This document shows, piece after piece, positions 1 through 11,860 of a DNA stretch of 64,000 nt. The stretch's first letter is position 1, and each line of letters starts with the position of its first letter. A model generated the notes under the pieces. It was not told where the DNA came from and did no database searches. It saw only the letters and a program-made list of their open reading frames with translations. The position numbers and the translations under genes are program-made. This stretch comes from the human T2T-CHM13v2.0 reference genome, Homo sapiens: assembly GCF_009914755.1 (NCBI RefSeq), contig NC_060937.1. One strand, given 5' to 3'.

Positions 1-257
1 CAATGTCATTTTTCTCATCAAAATTTTTTGTTTTGGAAAATATCTTTTTTTACAGAATATGTGACTTATGTTAAAATGAAATGGATTCATCATTGCTATT
101 TTCAAATGAATTAATATTTTAAAAATTTCTCAGTTTTAATTCCAAATTAAGTATATATCGATCATTATCACTTACTAAACCAAAGCTCTTTGGTGTCGTC
201 AAATAAGTTGTAAGAGTATAAAGGGATTGTGAGACCAAAAAGTTCAAGAACCACTGC
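1..257. mobile_element. hAT-Charlie DNA transposon end (Charlie1-like), truncated by window start
   Basis: Terminal stretch 'aaagctctttggtgtcgtc...aagggattgtgagaccaaaaagttcaagaaccactg' resembles my recollection of the Charlie1 end. Confidence 0.5.
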
Positions 258-289
258 TTTGATACAAAGCTACCCTGTTTTGATTTGAA

Positions 290-1830
290 AAACAAAAACC
301 ACTGTATTTCTTTTTCATTAATGCTCCTGGCATAATCTCAACCACCCATTTAAATTATAATAATTAACCAGAGAAACTAATTTATATTTCATAGAGAAAA
401 TTAGGAGGAGGGAGGATATGGACAATTGGAAATCGTCCCATATAATCATTTTAGCAGACTAGCAAAACTCATGAACACACATTACTGAAATTTCCATAGT
501 GACATAAGGCACTTTTACATTCCCTTAAAGTGGCAAAAAATGAACTCCTGTATTGACACAACTCAAAGGTATAGCCTCACTATAGCATAGAAAAATAAGA
601 AGCAAACATATATAAACTTAATATTATACTTTATAATCAAAGTCACAGTATTCTAACTTACTTAGAAATTATCTAGGTATCCAATGATTATTGATTAGCT
701 CAGGTTAACATTAGTCCATTTTGTTACCTAAAGACCTTGGAAATTATCTTTAAGTTGATACGCTACAAAACATAATTGCTATTCATATAAAAAGTTTGTC
801 AGAATAGTTATTCAATTCAGCTGAACACAAATTTATATTTTTAATAATCTTAAACATTATGTATGAGTTCACTTGACCAGCTATCCTGAATAAATTTAGG
901 AGAAGTAAAAATAAAATGCACACTTGTATTCTGTTCAACACTAATAAATCAGAGAAAGATGTAACATTTTAAAACCTATGTTACTAGTCTCATTTGCCAA
1001 ATGAAACTTAATTTTATGAACTTGGATTCTTAAAATATTACTGAATTGGCTAGCAGTTTCTATTAAAAGAATTTTTATGTTTAAGTCTAGCAGGTTCAAA
1101 ATATTAGAGGTTTGATGTTCTGTGATTTTAGGAGGATTCAACTTATAAAAGCACTTGTTTATCAAACAATCAGAACAAGTTCTTTTAATTTAAAAGGTAT
1201 CGTAATCCAATTTATTGACACCCTCTGGAAATAGGAAAGCATTCCACACACAGCAAGAGGTGAAGGCTTTTCTGGATTATAAACACATAGACACACACAG
1301 CTTAATAGCTTTAGTTTTTCAACTTCAGCCACAGATCAAGAATAAATAGAAACACAAAAAAATCACCAGTCCAGATATCAAAGAGCTGTTCTCCTTCCCA
1401 GTAGAAACAAAATTCTTCATTGATTTGAGCTCAAAATAGACGAACATACAAAAAAAAAAAAAAAAGACCAAGAAACTATGTACCCTATTCTCTCACCCAA
1501 TAGAGAATAGATCTCTGTAATCCATTGCTAGCAATCACTCAGACCATAAAACTAGATTCTCCATCATTTTTGCCGCCAAGAGGGAATAACTTGTCAGCCA
1601 TGCACAAACTAGAAAGAAAAATAAAACAGAATCAGGAGAGAGAGAGTAAAAACTAGAGAAATGGAGAGCCTGTGAAATTCAAGTCTGTTACTGCTATGGA
1701 TTCACTCTGGGAGCCAAGTAAAGGCATGCCTGGTCCCAAGCCACTTGTGAGGTGCACACCTCAGGCAACACAGTTTACCTGGCTGTGTCAGGTAAATCCA
1801 GTGGGCATCTCAATGGATGACCTCCAAAAC
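290..1830 (-). mobile_element. Degenerate ERV1 (MER4-group) internal sequence
   Basis: AT-rich, no ORF; the reverse strand near 1830 reads TTTTGGAGGTCATCCATTGAGAT, like the PBS-proximal start of MER4-group internals; recall only. Confidence 0.35.
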
Positions 1831-2223
1831 TCTTCAAGGATAATTTTTTAAAAGGAAAAATCATGACTCTTGAACAAATGTGAAATGAACATACGCTACA
1901 CATTTTGATCACTTAAGGAAGGAGGGAACCAGTAAGAAGTTACAGCCCATTCAACAATCAGCTTTTTTCCTTAAAAAAGGAAAAAAGTTGTAACTGACAG
2001 ATTACCTCTTCCTGGGGCCTGAACATGCCAGGAGCATTCAGACTTATTTTAAATCCTGGATACTCTTCTGACCTTTAACATGCTGAAAATTCCAACAGGT
2101 TTCTAAGATCTACACTGGGGGCTCGGAGTGAGTGAGCACATTGGCTGACTTTGCCAAGGTTTCTGCTGCGAGGCCTTGCATTTGTTCTCCTAAACTGTCA
2201 ATAACCCTTGGTTTCTTTCACAG

Positions 2224-2329
2224 CGACAGAGTCCAGGCCCTCTCCTATGCACAGCACACGCGACAATTGATCTCCTGTGGCGGTGATGGTGGGATTGTCG
2301 TCTGGAACATGGACGTGGAGAGGCAGGAG
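2224..2329 (+). CDS. WDFY2: WDFY2 internal coding exon (probably exon 8), WD40 repeat: DRVQALSYAQHTRQLISCGGDGGIVVWNMDVERQE
   Basis: tttcacag| acceptor, |gtaggt donor, 106 nt; WD40 signature; in phase with the next exon. Confidence 0.95.
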
Positions 2330-4662
2330 GTAGGTGGCACAGCAGGGTGGGGTGGGCCCTGTGGTTCTGGCCCTGCCTCCCTTCCTGCTTATTTCTTATT
2401 TCTTTTATGATTAAACCATGAAATAAGGCATGTAACGTTAAAGAATTGTAGCATAAAAGGAGTTGTTTGGGTTGTTTTTTTTTTCCCTCACAAGTTGGCA
2501 TGTAACATTACTGTGATGGAGAGTTCATAAGAATTTTGACTGAGACTAAGCTGTTTAAATCTGTTACACCATTCACAGCAAAAGTACAGGTGAGGAAAAG
2601 AAACCATCTATTTCCTGGTGATTAGTCCTTTGGTATAAAATGCACTACAAAAACGGAGGACTCACGTGATTTATGTCATGGAAGAAAATAGTGGCTAAGA
2701 TGAAGCAAGAATCCTTAGTTTGGTATTAATAGAAATACTAGAAATAATTATTTTGTACTTTATAAGTCATGTTCTAAATAGTTCCCCAGATATCAATATA
2801 TCCTTAGTTTTCTAGCACGTATTTACATGTTATCAGAACATTCTTTTTTATGAGCTTTCATTTTAATCTTTGAGCATCTTAACAACAAATATGTTTCCTG
2901 CATATCTCTTTTGACAAGTACTTTGAAGTTAACCATTTTCCAATTACGTTAGAATTATTCTGGGTAGACTTTCCCTTTGACAATGCACATTCTTATAATT
3001 AATTTCTTGCAGGATACAAAAATTACATAGAAAAGCAACATTTTAAAAAGACAAAAGGGGTCTCCCACGTTCTTTCTGTGCCCTCACCCCAGTCTCATTT
3101 CAAGAGAGTAGTCGCTATTACCCACAATGTCATGCCTTTTCAAATGCCAGTAATTATATGCTTAAGAAGATTAAAGCTTTATTTGCTCAGATCTTAAGTC
3201 CATGGGACTTCTATTAGTAACTAATCAAAATGATCATTACTGTTAGAAGGTGGGAAATGGTAGAACATTGCTTTTGAAAACTATATTTGGCACCATTAAT
3301 ACAAAGGCTGGGATCGTTGTGATGAGTGCTGGTCATGCTAACCATGTTCCCGCATGGCTGGTGATTATGTCCTGGGTTGGGTTCTGCACGGTAGCCTGCT
3401 TTGGGTTAGGGACAGTCACACCTGGTCTGTCCTGACTTCTTTCTGGGCCCTCCTAACCAAACCAGGGGAGGGGAGAAGGACCCAATTCTTTTCCTTTGGT
3501 GCACGTAGCCTGGACCCGTTATGGACAGAGGCCAAAGGAAGATAACAGTGTGGTGTCCAGAGATGAAACCAAGTGGTTGATGGGCAGTTCTTTGAGCAAC
3601 CTTGTTTATGAGCCTATTGATATGCAGATATAGAGGCATCCAATACTATTGACTAATTTAAAATCTTATTCAGTGAGTCAACACTCTAAATAAGCAATGG
3701 AGATGGTTCCATTCATTTTTTTGCAAGTATCATTTTTATAAACATAAATTTCCTGAGATTTTTGTTTTCATCTTAGCCTCTGTGGAGCTGCTTCGTGGTT
3801 ATGATAAGTGCTGTGTGATGCTCACCTTGGGAGGTCTGCGACATATATTGAAGTCATCTCTAACCTGAAGTACTGACAGACTTTCTGGAAGAAAAGGCTT
3901 GTAGGAGGAAACTTCAGAATTCTATTAAATGGTGTAAATGATGAAATTATAGTTGATATATGCTAGAGCATCAGTGCTGGGTATTTTAGAAGGGATGGAG
4001 TCATCATTGGCTAATGTTCCCAGTGAAGGATTGAGGGAGGAACATTGTGCTGAAGGATCAACAGAGTCTGGATGTGCTCTGAGCAGGAGCACATGGGCTT
4101 TGCAGGCCACGAAACAGCAAGAGTAAGGACAAGGTGAACACGATAGGTTGATGCAGTGCATTAATGCTCATGAGCGGTTTAGAGAAGCAGTCAGAGATGA
4201 GAGGATGGCAGCTAGCTGAAAGATAAGGACAGACAATGGAAGACCTTGAGTGGCTGGATGTAGATCGAGTGACATTGCATAGGTTGAACAGGTGTTTTAT
4301 ACAGTTAATGAAATCCATTTTTGTTTTGTTAACTTTTAGCATTTTTTAAAAGTATATATTGTATATAACATTCTTGGTAGAAAAGTTACAAAATGCTCAT
4401 TAGTAAATAGAAAAGATGTCAATTACTCATACTACCACCATCCAGAAATATCACTCTGAACATGTTGGCACACATCCTTCCTAACATTTTTCTCTACACA
4501 TAACACGTGTGTAAGACTTTTTTTTGAACAAAAAATAGAATCACAAACATGCTGATTTATTTTTTCCCCTTTATTGGTCTTTAGCTCCCAAATGCCTCCT
4601 CACAGATACCCACTGTGATGTGTTTGATGTGTGTCCTGAACACGCATGCTTCCTTATAAAAG

Positions 4663-4697
4663 GTGTGTGTGTGTGTGTATGTGTGTCTGTGTGTGTG
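4663..4697. repeat. (TG)n microsatellite, imperfect
   Basis: gtgtgtgtgtgtgtgtatgtgtgtctgtgtgtgtg. Confidence 0.9.
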
Positions 4698-4717
4698 TTT
4701 TAAAGTTTACATAACTC

Positions 4718-5024
4718 AGCCGGGCACGGTGGCTCACGCCTGTAATGCCAGCTGTTGGGAGGCCAAGGCAGGTGGATCACTTGAGGTCAAGAGTTTGAGA
4801 CCAGCCTGGTCAACATGGCGAAACCCTGTCTCTACTAACAATACAAAAAAAAAAAAATTAGCCAGGCATGGTTGCAGACGCCTGTAATCTCAGCTTCTCA
4901 GGAGGCTGAGGCAGGAGAATTGCATGAACCTAGGAGGCGGAGGTTGCAGTGAGCCAAGATCGCACCACTGCACTCCAGCCTGGGCAACACAGCAAGGCTG
5001 TCTCAAAAAAAAAAAAAAAAAAAA
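4718..5024 (+). mobile_element. AluS element
   Basis: Full dimeric Alu with A-tail; TSD-like aaagtttac(a/t)taa. Confidence 0.95.
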
Positions 5025-6271
5025 GTTTACTTAATTGATGTACTGTTAGTCTGGTTCTATTTCCAACTTTTGCCATTGAACCCTTTTGAGCTCTCCCATC
5101 CTGCTGTTTCTTGTGTTGCTTCTGCATAGGACCCCATCATGTGTACCATTCACATTTTACTTCTCTGTTTCCCAAACAAAGGGCGTGTAGACTGGCACAA
5201 ACTCCCTGGTACCACACACAGTGCCCAGATGACCTTCTTATATGTGTCCCGTCACAGACCTGCCCTGTATGAGACTCAGGGCCATAAACCCAAGAGTGGG
5301 ATCAATTGAAGGTATATTCTTGATTTTGCTAAATAACCAAACAGCTGTACTCATTTATACTTCTCATGGAGAACAGGGAGTTTTCTGACATCCCACATCC
5401 TCACCAATAGTGATTGTTCCCTCCCTTTCTGGTTTTGCCCTTTTGGAGACAGAGGTAAAATAGTATCTCATTTTTATTTGCATTCTCTGCTTAACAGTAA
5501 ATTTGAGCCTCTCTTCATATATGTTAGCCATTCAGACTTCCCTGACTGTGAATTGCATGCTCATATCTTTTGTATCATCTGCCATTTTCTCAACTGCTTC
5601 TTGTTATTTCCGTATTGATTTTCCAGGGGTTCTTTGTATACAGTAATTTGCAGGAGTTGTTTGTTACAAACTTTATAAATATCTTCTCCTAGTCTCTCTT
5701 AACTCTGTGCTATGATACTATTTAATAACCTGGGGGTTTTGTGTTAGTTTATTATATATTGAACATGTTCCATGTCTTTAAATATTTATTTGTTTTTACT
5801 ACATAATTTTAATGGTAATAAGCTGGTATTTGAGAAATTGTTTCACAAACAAACATTAATACTGCCCCCTCCAGCCTCATCTCTCATTTCCCCATCTGTG
5901 CTCCAGCCATCCCCAGGTCTCAGTTGTCTTATTTGTCTGAGAACCTCAGCCTGGGTCAGAGGCTCCTGTGATCTCTCTGCCAAAGCACTCTGTGCTTCTC
6001 CCTCTTGGGCCTTCACACACTTATGCTTATGTAAATAATTATTAATCATATTTTCATGATGGTGGAGATTCTTATTCACCACTACATCCCATCCCCAGGG
6101 CCTGCCACAGAATAGGCATTCAGTAAATATTTTTTGAATGATTGACTGAGAAATCACACCTCTGTTTCTTTTAAACACATCCTGATAGCTCCATAAGTTT
6201 CATCAGGGTCAGTGGTTTCCATTGTCCTGACTGCTGGCCACAGTGACCTGTTCTGTGCTTTATTTGACAAG

Positions 6272-6373
6272 ACCCCTGAATGGTTGGACAGTGATTCCTG
6301 CCAAAAGTGTGATCAGCCTTTCTTCTGGAACTTCAAGCAAATGTGGGACAGTAAGAAAATTGGTCTAAGACAG
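6272..6373 (+). CDS. WDFY2: WDFY2 coding exon (probably exon 9), start of FYVE domain: TPEWLDSDSCQKCDQPFFWNFKQMWDSKKIGLRQ
   Basis: gacaag| acceptor, CAG|gtgagt donor, 102 nt; WxxD-like and CxxC motifs. Confidence 0.95.
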
Positions 6374-7245
6374 GTGAGTGATATGGATGCTTCATCAAAA
6401 TGTAATTATATGGAAATAGCTCAACCATGTGATCTTAGAAGAAATAACACCCCTGGGTGGGAGTTGTGGTGAGGGTAAATTATTATCCTGGAGTCACCTC
6501 GTGATTGCACAGTAATTTACTCTGTCTACCATAGCCCATTCCTACTGGATTCAGTTTCTGTAGTGGTTGGTTCCCAGTAAGCAGTTAGGGATGTGATTTT
6601 AGAATTCTGTTGGCCTCTATTGCAGTGCACCTTACAATTAGAGGTGTCATGCTTAGTTCGTATGGAAACCAGACCATGAAATTATATAAGTGGTGTTTCT
6701 CTCTCCTTATTTTACTTTCCCTCCTTCTGATTAATTTTAGTTATTTAGATCTACTTATAATACAGCATTTTCAATCTGATTCCATGGTTCTGTTTGGTCT
6801 TCCCCAAGGAAATCAAATGTTAGGTCACCTAGGCTTACCATGGCCAAAGTCAGCAGATTCAATCAGGTTTCCTGCATGTTCTCCTTCATCCAGCAGCATA
6901 ATCTCCTGAGACGGCAGTTTCTCAGACACCCCGCTTTAAGATCACCTGGCCCCTGGGTGGTTCCTCTGTAGTTCCTAGTATGATCATTGGAAAGGACCAA
7001 GAGTAGGGAAAGCAGGAGAGTGGGGTGGTATCCCTGTCAGGTGTGTTACCCAACAGTCCTTGTTGAATAAACAGAGCCCCAGAGAAGAACACATCCAATG
7101 TGTTCCCTTTAGTTCTGGGGCTCTCTTGTTCAGCATCCTCACCTGGATGCAGTTGATTACACCTCTCTGCCAGGAGGGGTGAGATGCGGGGGCCTCAGGA
7201 GCTGAGGGAGCCGTGATGAGTATCTATTTTATCTCCCTCCTCCAG

Positions 7246-7376
7246 CACCACTGCCGCAAGTGTGGGAAGGCCGTCTGTGGCAAGTGCAGCTCCAAGCGCT
7301 CCTCCATCCCCCTGATGGGCTTCGAGTTTGAAGTGAGGGTCTGTGACAGCTGCCACGAGGCCATCACAGATGAAGA
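7246..7376 (+). CDS. WDFY2: WDFY2 coding exon (probably exon 10), FYVE core: HHCRKCGKAVCGKCSSKRSSIPLMGFEFEVRVCDSCHEAITDE
   Basis: ctccag| acceptor, |gtaagt donor, 131 nt; HHCRxCG and RVC FYVE motifs. Confidence 0.96.
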
Positions 7377-7896
7377 GTAAGTTCCTGCAGCCTGCAGACC
7401 GCTTCAGGTTAAGGCGAGAATTTAATCTGAGCCTTGCACTCAGCGCCGCAACCATCACTCAGGTTGCTCTAGTTTCTGCTGGTTTAGAATATAGTCCACG
7501 GCAAGCAGTAAAAGCTCTCCTTTGCCACCAAGAGATTTGTGGTATCCTGTGAGATGAGAGAAGAGAAAATACACTCAAAGAATTCATCTCTGTGTTCTTT
7601 CTAATTTCTAGGTTATGTGCCTTTAAATTAGCTGCTCCCAGAACAAACCCTTCTGTCTGCTCATTTACTTGAGAATTACCCAGGAGTATAAGGGCTCAGG
7701 ATTCACTTTCTGTCCCAAGCTGGTATCTTTACAGGAGTTGAGTGAGTCCATGGGTCCAGAAGGTTTCATTTTCCGGGAAGAGCTAAGTCGCTTTACCCAA
7801 GAGGCAAATATTCCCAGTTGCCCAGTTACTCAGCTGGCTGCTTGTCAGACCTGCCCAGTAACCCAGGACATAGGTTACTTACCCCTTGGTGTGCTG

Positions 7897-8048
7897 TGGA
7901 GGTGTGGGGGCAAATCTATGTTATCTCTTTAGTGTTGGCTCATTGAAAGCTGCCCCCAGATGTAAACACAGTGCTCTGCAGCATTTCCCTAATTTTAGTG
8001 ACTTACAGGAGGATCTGCAGGGTAGCTTGTCTTCTCAATCCTTCCAGC
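7897..8048. repeat. Copy 1 of a ~150-bp intronic duplication (partner 10259-10405)
   Basis: Manual alignment; 34-nt exact core 7957-7990 = 10316-10349. Confidence 0.9.
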
Positions 8049-9105
8049 ACCTTGTATTACAGTAAAATCATAAGTAGTCTTATTTATCCATATCAAATAT
8101 AAAATAAGATGCCCTTGCATAAGTATGCATTTATGTTCATTGATTATTTTCTACTCATCATACGTGATGAAATTAATGAGAGTTTTCTCATTGAATTAGA
8201 GAGTGCAAGAGACCTTAGAGATAGCCTACTTTAATTCTTCATTTTGTAGCTAAAGACATAGACTTTAAGAGTTTAAGGGACTTACAGTTAAGCCTAAATC
8301 TTCTAAAAATTTAAAGTAACCATTTTAAGATACTGAAGATCTATCCTGCAGATTTAGCTATAGAAAAAAGGAAAAAAAAAAATTGTCCTGAGAGCCCACT
8401 GCAGTGGAGTGGGCCCCTTGAAGCATGATAAGAGCAGTCTCCTAGACTGCACCCTGCACCTTTTCCCGCCTCTGTTTCTTCTGCCTCTTCTCTGTGGAAG
8501 CACTTGCATTGCCTCTAGAGCACCTAGGCAGCTGACAAGTCTTCTTACTTAAAAAAAAAAAAAGTATAGGTAAAAAATAATGATGTTTGTTTTTTATTTT
8601 GTTTTGCTTGTTACAGCTTTAGAATACTATAGAAAAACCAAGTCTTCAGTCATACCAGTGAAAAAGGAAAAATGAATGGAGGGGGATAGTTTTCCTATTA
8701 GAATGACACTTAGTAATATCATGGGACACTTAGTACTATCTTGGTCCTTTTTTTTTTTTTAATTAGACTATTTTACTGGCAAGTCCTTCTGAGCTCAAAC
8801 TTAGCAAAAGCCCTGTGGTTTTAAAAGCTCGGGTGGAGATTATCACAGACACCATTGGAGCAACATTCTCCAGAAGGACTTTTAGAAATTTTCATCTCTT
8901 TCCCATTTTAAAGACTATAAGATTTCTTGTATTTTTTTTTTATCATAACTGGTCACCAGGGAATAAAGGCAGATCTGAGGAGCATTCCTGTCAGTGAAGC
9001 AGTTTTAGCCACGAGGCCAAAATTTAGAGCCTAATGTCATCCTAGATCTCTCTCATTCATATGTCACCACCTTTTCCCCTCAGAAGCTTTCTTTGCTCCT
9101 TCTAG

Positions 9106-9214
9106 ACGTGCACCCACAGCCACCTTCCATGACAGTAAACATAACATTGTGCATGTGCATTTCGATGCAACCAGAGGATGGTTACTGACTTCTGGAACTG
9201 ACAAGGTTATTAAG
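9106..9214 (+). CDS. WDFY2: WDFY2 coding exon (probably exon 11), last WD40 repeat: RAPTATFHDSKHNIVHVHFDATRGWLLTSGTDKVIK
   Basis: ccttctag| acceptor, AAG|gtaaga donor, 109 nt, phase consistent. Confidence 0.95.
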
Positions 9215-9317
9215 GTAAGATGCCATCTTATTAAGAAGCTTTCCATCTTTGGCCTCATATAAATATACAGGAGCACCAAGAACATGGGAGGCACTGTTCT
9301 AAAGGTTATCCTTGGGT

Positions 9318-9486
9318 AGCCGGCCATGGTGGCATGTGTCTGTAGTCCCAGCTACTCAGGAGATTTAGGAGGGAGGATTGCTTGAGTCCAGGAGTTGAAG
9401 GCTACAGTGAGCTTTGATCACATCACTGCACTCTAGCCTGAGCAACAAAGCAAGACCTCATCTCTTAAAAAAAAAAAAAAAAAAAG
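9318..9486 (+). mobile_element. Alu right monomer (FRAM/AluJ fragment)
   Basis: gtagtcccagctactcagg...tgcactctagcctg plus poly-A. Confidence 0.9.
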
Positions 9487-9814
9487 TTACCATTGAAGGT
9501 GAGTGTTTTTGAGAACCTATTACAAACCTGATACATGCACAGCCTCATCCCAGGCACTGGCTCTACACAAAGAAATAAGACAGAGCTCCAGCCTGCAAGG
9601 AATAGATAGTCTACTTGGGACAGACTAAAAAGACTGTAATAGGTCACATATGTAGCAGTCAAAACGGTAATACATATGAGAATTTATAGCACACTGAGCT
9701 CTACCTCCCTGACCCATTCTTGGAGGTCACAGCAGGATGAGATAGCTAAAATAACCCACTTTGGAAGCTACCAGATCTCCGTGACTTTGAGAGGAAGTTT
9801 AAAATAAACTCTGG

Positions 9815-10115
<301 letters not shown>

Positions 10116-10258
10116 AGGATAAACTCTGGCAGCCTCAGGTCCTTTATTTTTGAAAACGAGGTATCTTGTAAAATGGTTTGGAAGTTTAAATGGAAAGGAC
10201 ACAGCACGTGCTTGGCGTCCAGTTAATGGATTGAGTTATTTAATGGATTCAATCTATT

Positions 10259-10405
10259 TGGAGGGTGGAACAAATCTATATTGTCGCTTTCATGTTGGCT
10301 CATCGAATGCTGCCTCAGATGTAAACACAGTGCTCTGCAGCATTTCCCTTTTAGTGACTCACAGGAGGATCTGCAGTGTAGCTTGTCTTCCCAGTCCTCT
10401 CAGCC
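10259..10405. repeat. Copy 2 of a ~150-bp intronic duplication (partner 7897-8048)
   Basis: Manual alignment; bounded by a perfect 13-bp inverted repeat. Confidence 0.9.
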
Positions 10406-10652
10406 ATTAATAGATTGAATCTGCCATGATTCTTCATGAGCTGCATCAAAATTTCAAGCTGTCATTGTCTTGTTTTTGAGCTTTATTTGAACTTTTTTGA
10501 TGAAAAAAATATTTTACAGATTTGGAAATCATGTTAGTATAGTATGTGGTGGTTTGTTAAATGAAAAAAATTTCCTTGAAGAATTCAGTTCTAAGGACTG
10601 TTATCCTCAACACAATTTTAGTTCATTCTGTATCTTCTTTTTCTTTTTGCAG

Positions 10653-10682
10653 TTGTGGGATATGACCCCAGTCGTGTCTTGA
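10653..10682 (+). CDS. WDFY2: WDFY2 terminal coding exon: LWDMTPVVS*
   Basis: Long pyrimidine tract ending ttgcag|; completes the WD40 'KVIKLWD'; TGA at 10680-10682. Confidence 0.95.
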   Translation: MWDMTPVVS

Positions 10683-11570
10683 TGACTCTCCCAGGAATCA
10701 GAAAGATAGTATTTACTAAAGAAACGGTTGTTTTAACCCAAATCATTACCAGAGTGGTAAAGCAGACATGTGAGAAGTAAGAAAGAAACTAAAGACCCTG
10801 AATGAATTTGCAGATTACCCATGTGCACAGTGGGGACCTGGCCAGTGAGCACTCGCAAGGGGACTCTTCCAACTTGTTCATACAATATAAAAGAAGCTAT
10901 TTTTTTAACAAATGGTTTATACAGTCTGGCTGTGCTGCATTGTTTTGAGTGTACCGAAAAATCTGTGTGGGGTGTTTAATTTTTATACTTTTCAACACCC
11001 CATTTTACTTGTTGCTTTGTCAGAGAAATAAGGGAGGTATCTACTCAGAGTATTTTGGTCATTATACTTTCTGTGTTTACTTCAACATGTGTCACGTGGC
11101 CAGCGGCTTTTTCTTCTCTTCCCTCTGCACCTACCTGCACCTTCTCTGCCTTTCCTGGAGGGGATGTATTTATGTTATTTATTCCCAGTGTTTCTGCTTT
11201 CATGTCCTCCTCAGTGGAGAGATTTGGAAACTCATCATGTGGATTCACCAGCCAGCTGCTGGAATTGCCTGAAGAGCGATTTGTTTGTAATGTCTGCCTC
11301 ATTCACGTTCTTATGAAGTAGAAAAGACTGTGTTTCTGCCTCAGTTGCCTCTGTCTTTCCCACATTAAAAAAAAAAATGCTGTGAGAAAGCTGCTCCCAA
11401 CCATGGTTATCACAGAAGTAGATTATTTTAACTCAGAGCTTCAACGATCAGTGCCTGGATCATTTAGAATTCAGTTGGAGCCTCCTGAGCCTCTTGTTTT
11501 AGCTTTTTTGACGCAGCTCTCCCTCACTCGTAACAATGAAAACAAATGACACACACACAAAATCCTACAT

Positions 11571-11860
11571 CAGCGGCCCTCAACCTTGTTGGCAGCAGGG
11601 ACCGGTTTCAAAATGAAACTGTTCCACCTCGGATCAGCAGGCATTAGCTTCTCATAAGGAGCACGCAACCTAAATCCCTCGCATGCGCAGTTCACAATAG
11701 AGTTTCTGCTCCTGTGAGAATCTGACGCCACCGCTGATCTGATGGGAGGCGGAGCCCAGGCAGTAACACTTGCTTGCCCACTGCTCACGTCTGATGGGTG
11801 CCCCCATTCCTCACAGGCTATGGACCAGTACCCATCTGCAGCCCAGGGTTGGGGACCCCC
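11571..11860. mobile_element. MER1B-like hAT-Charlie MITE
   Basis: TIR-like ends cagcggccctcaacct / gggttggggacccc; internal 'gaaactgttccacctcggatc' typical of MER1. Confidence 0.8.
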
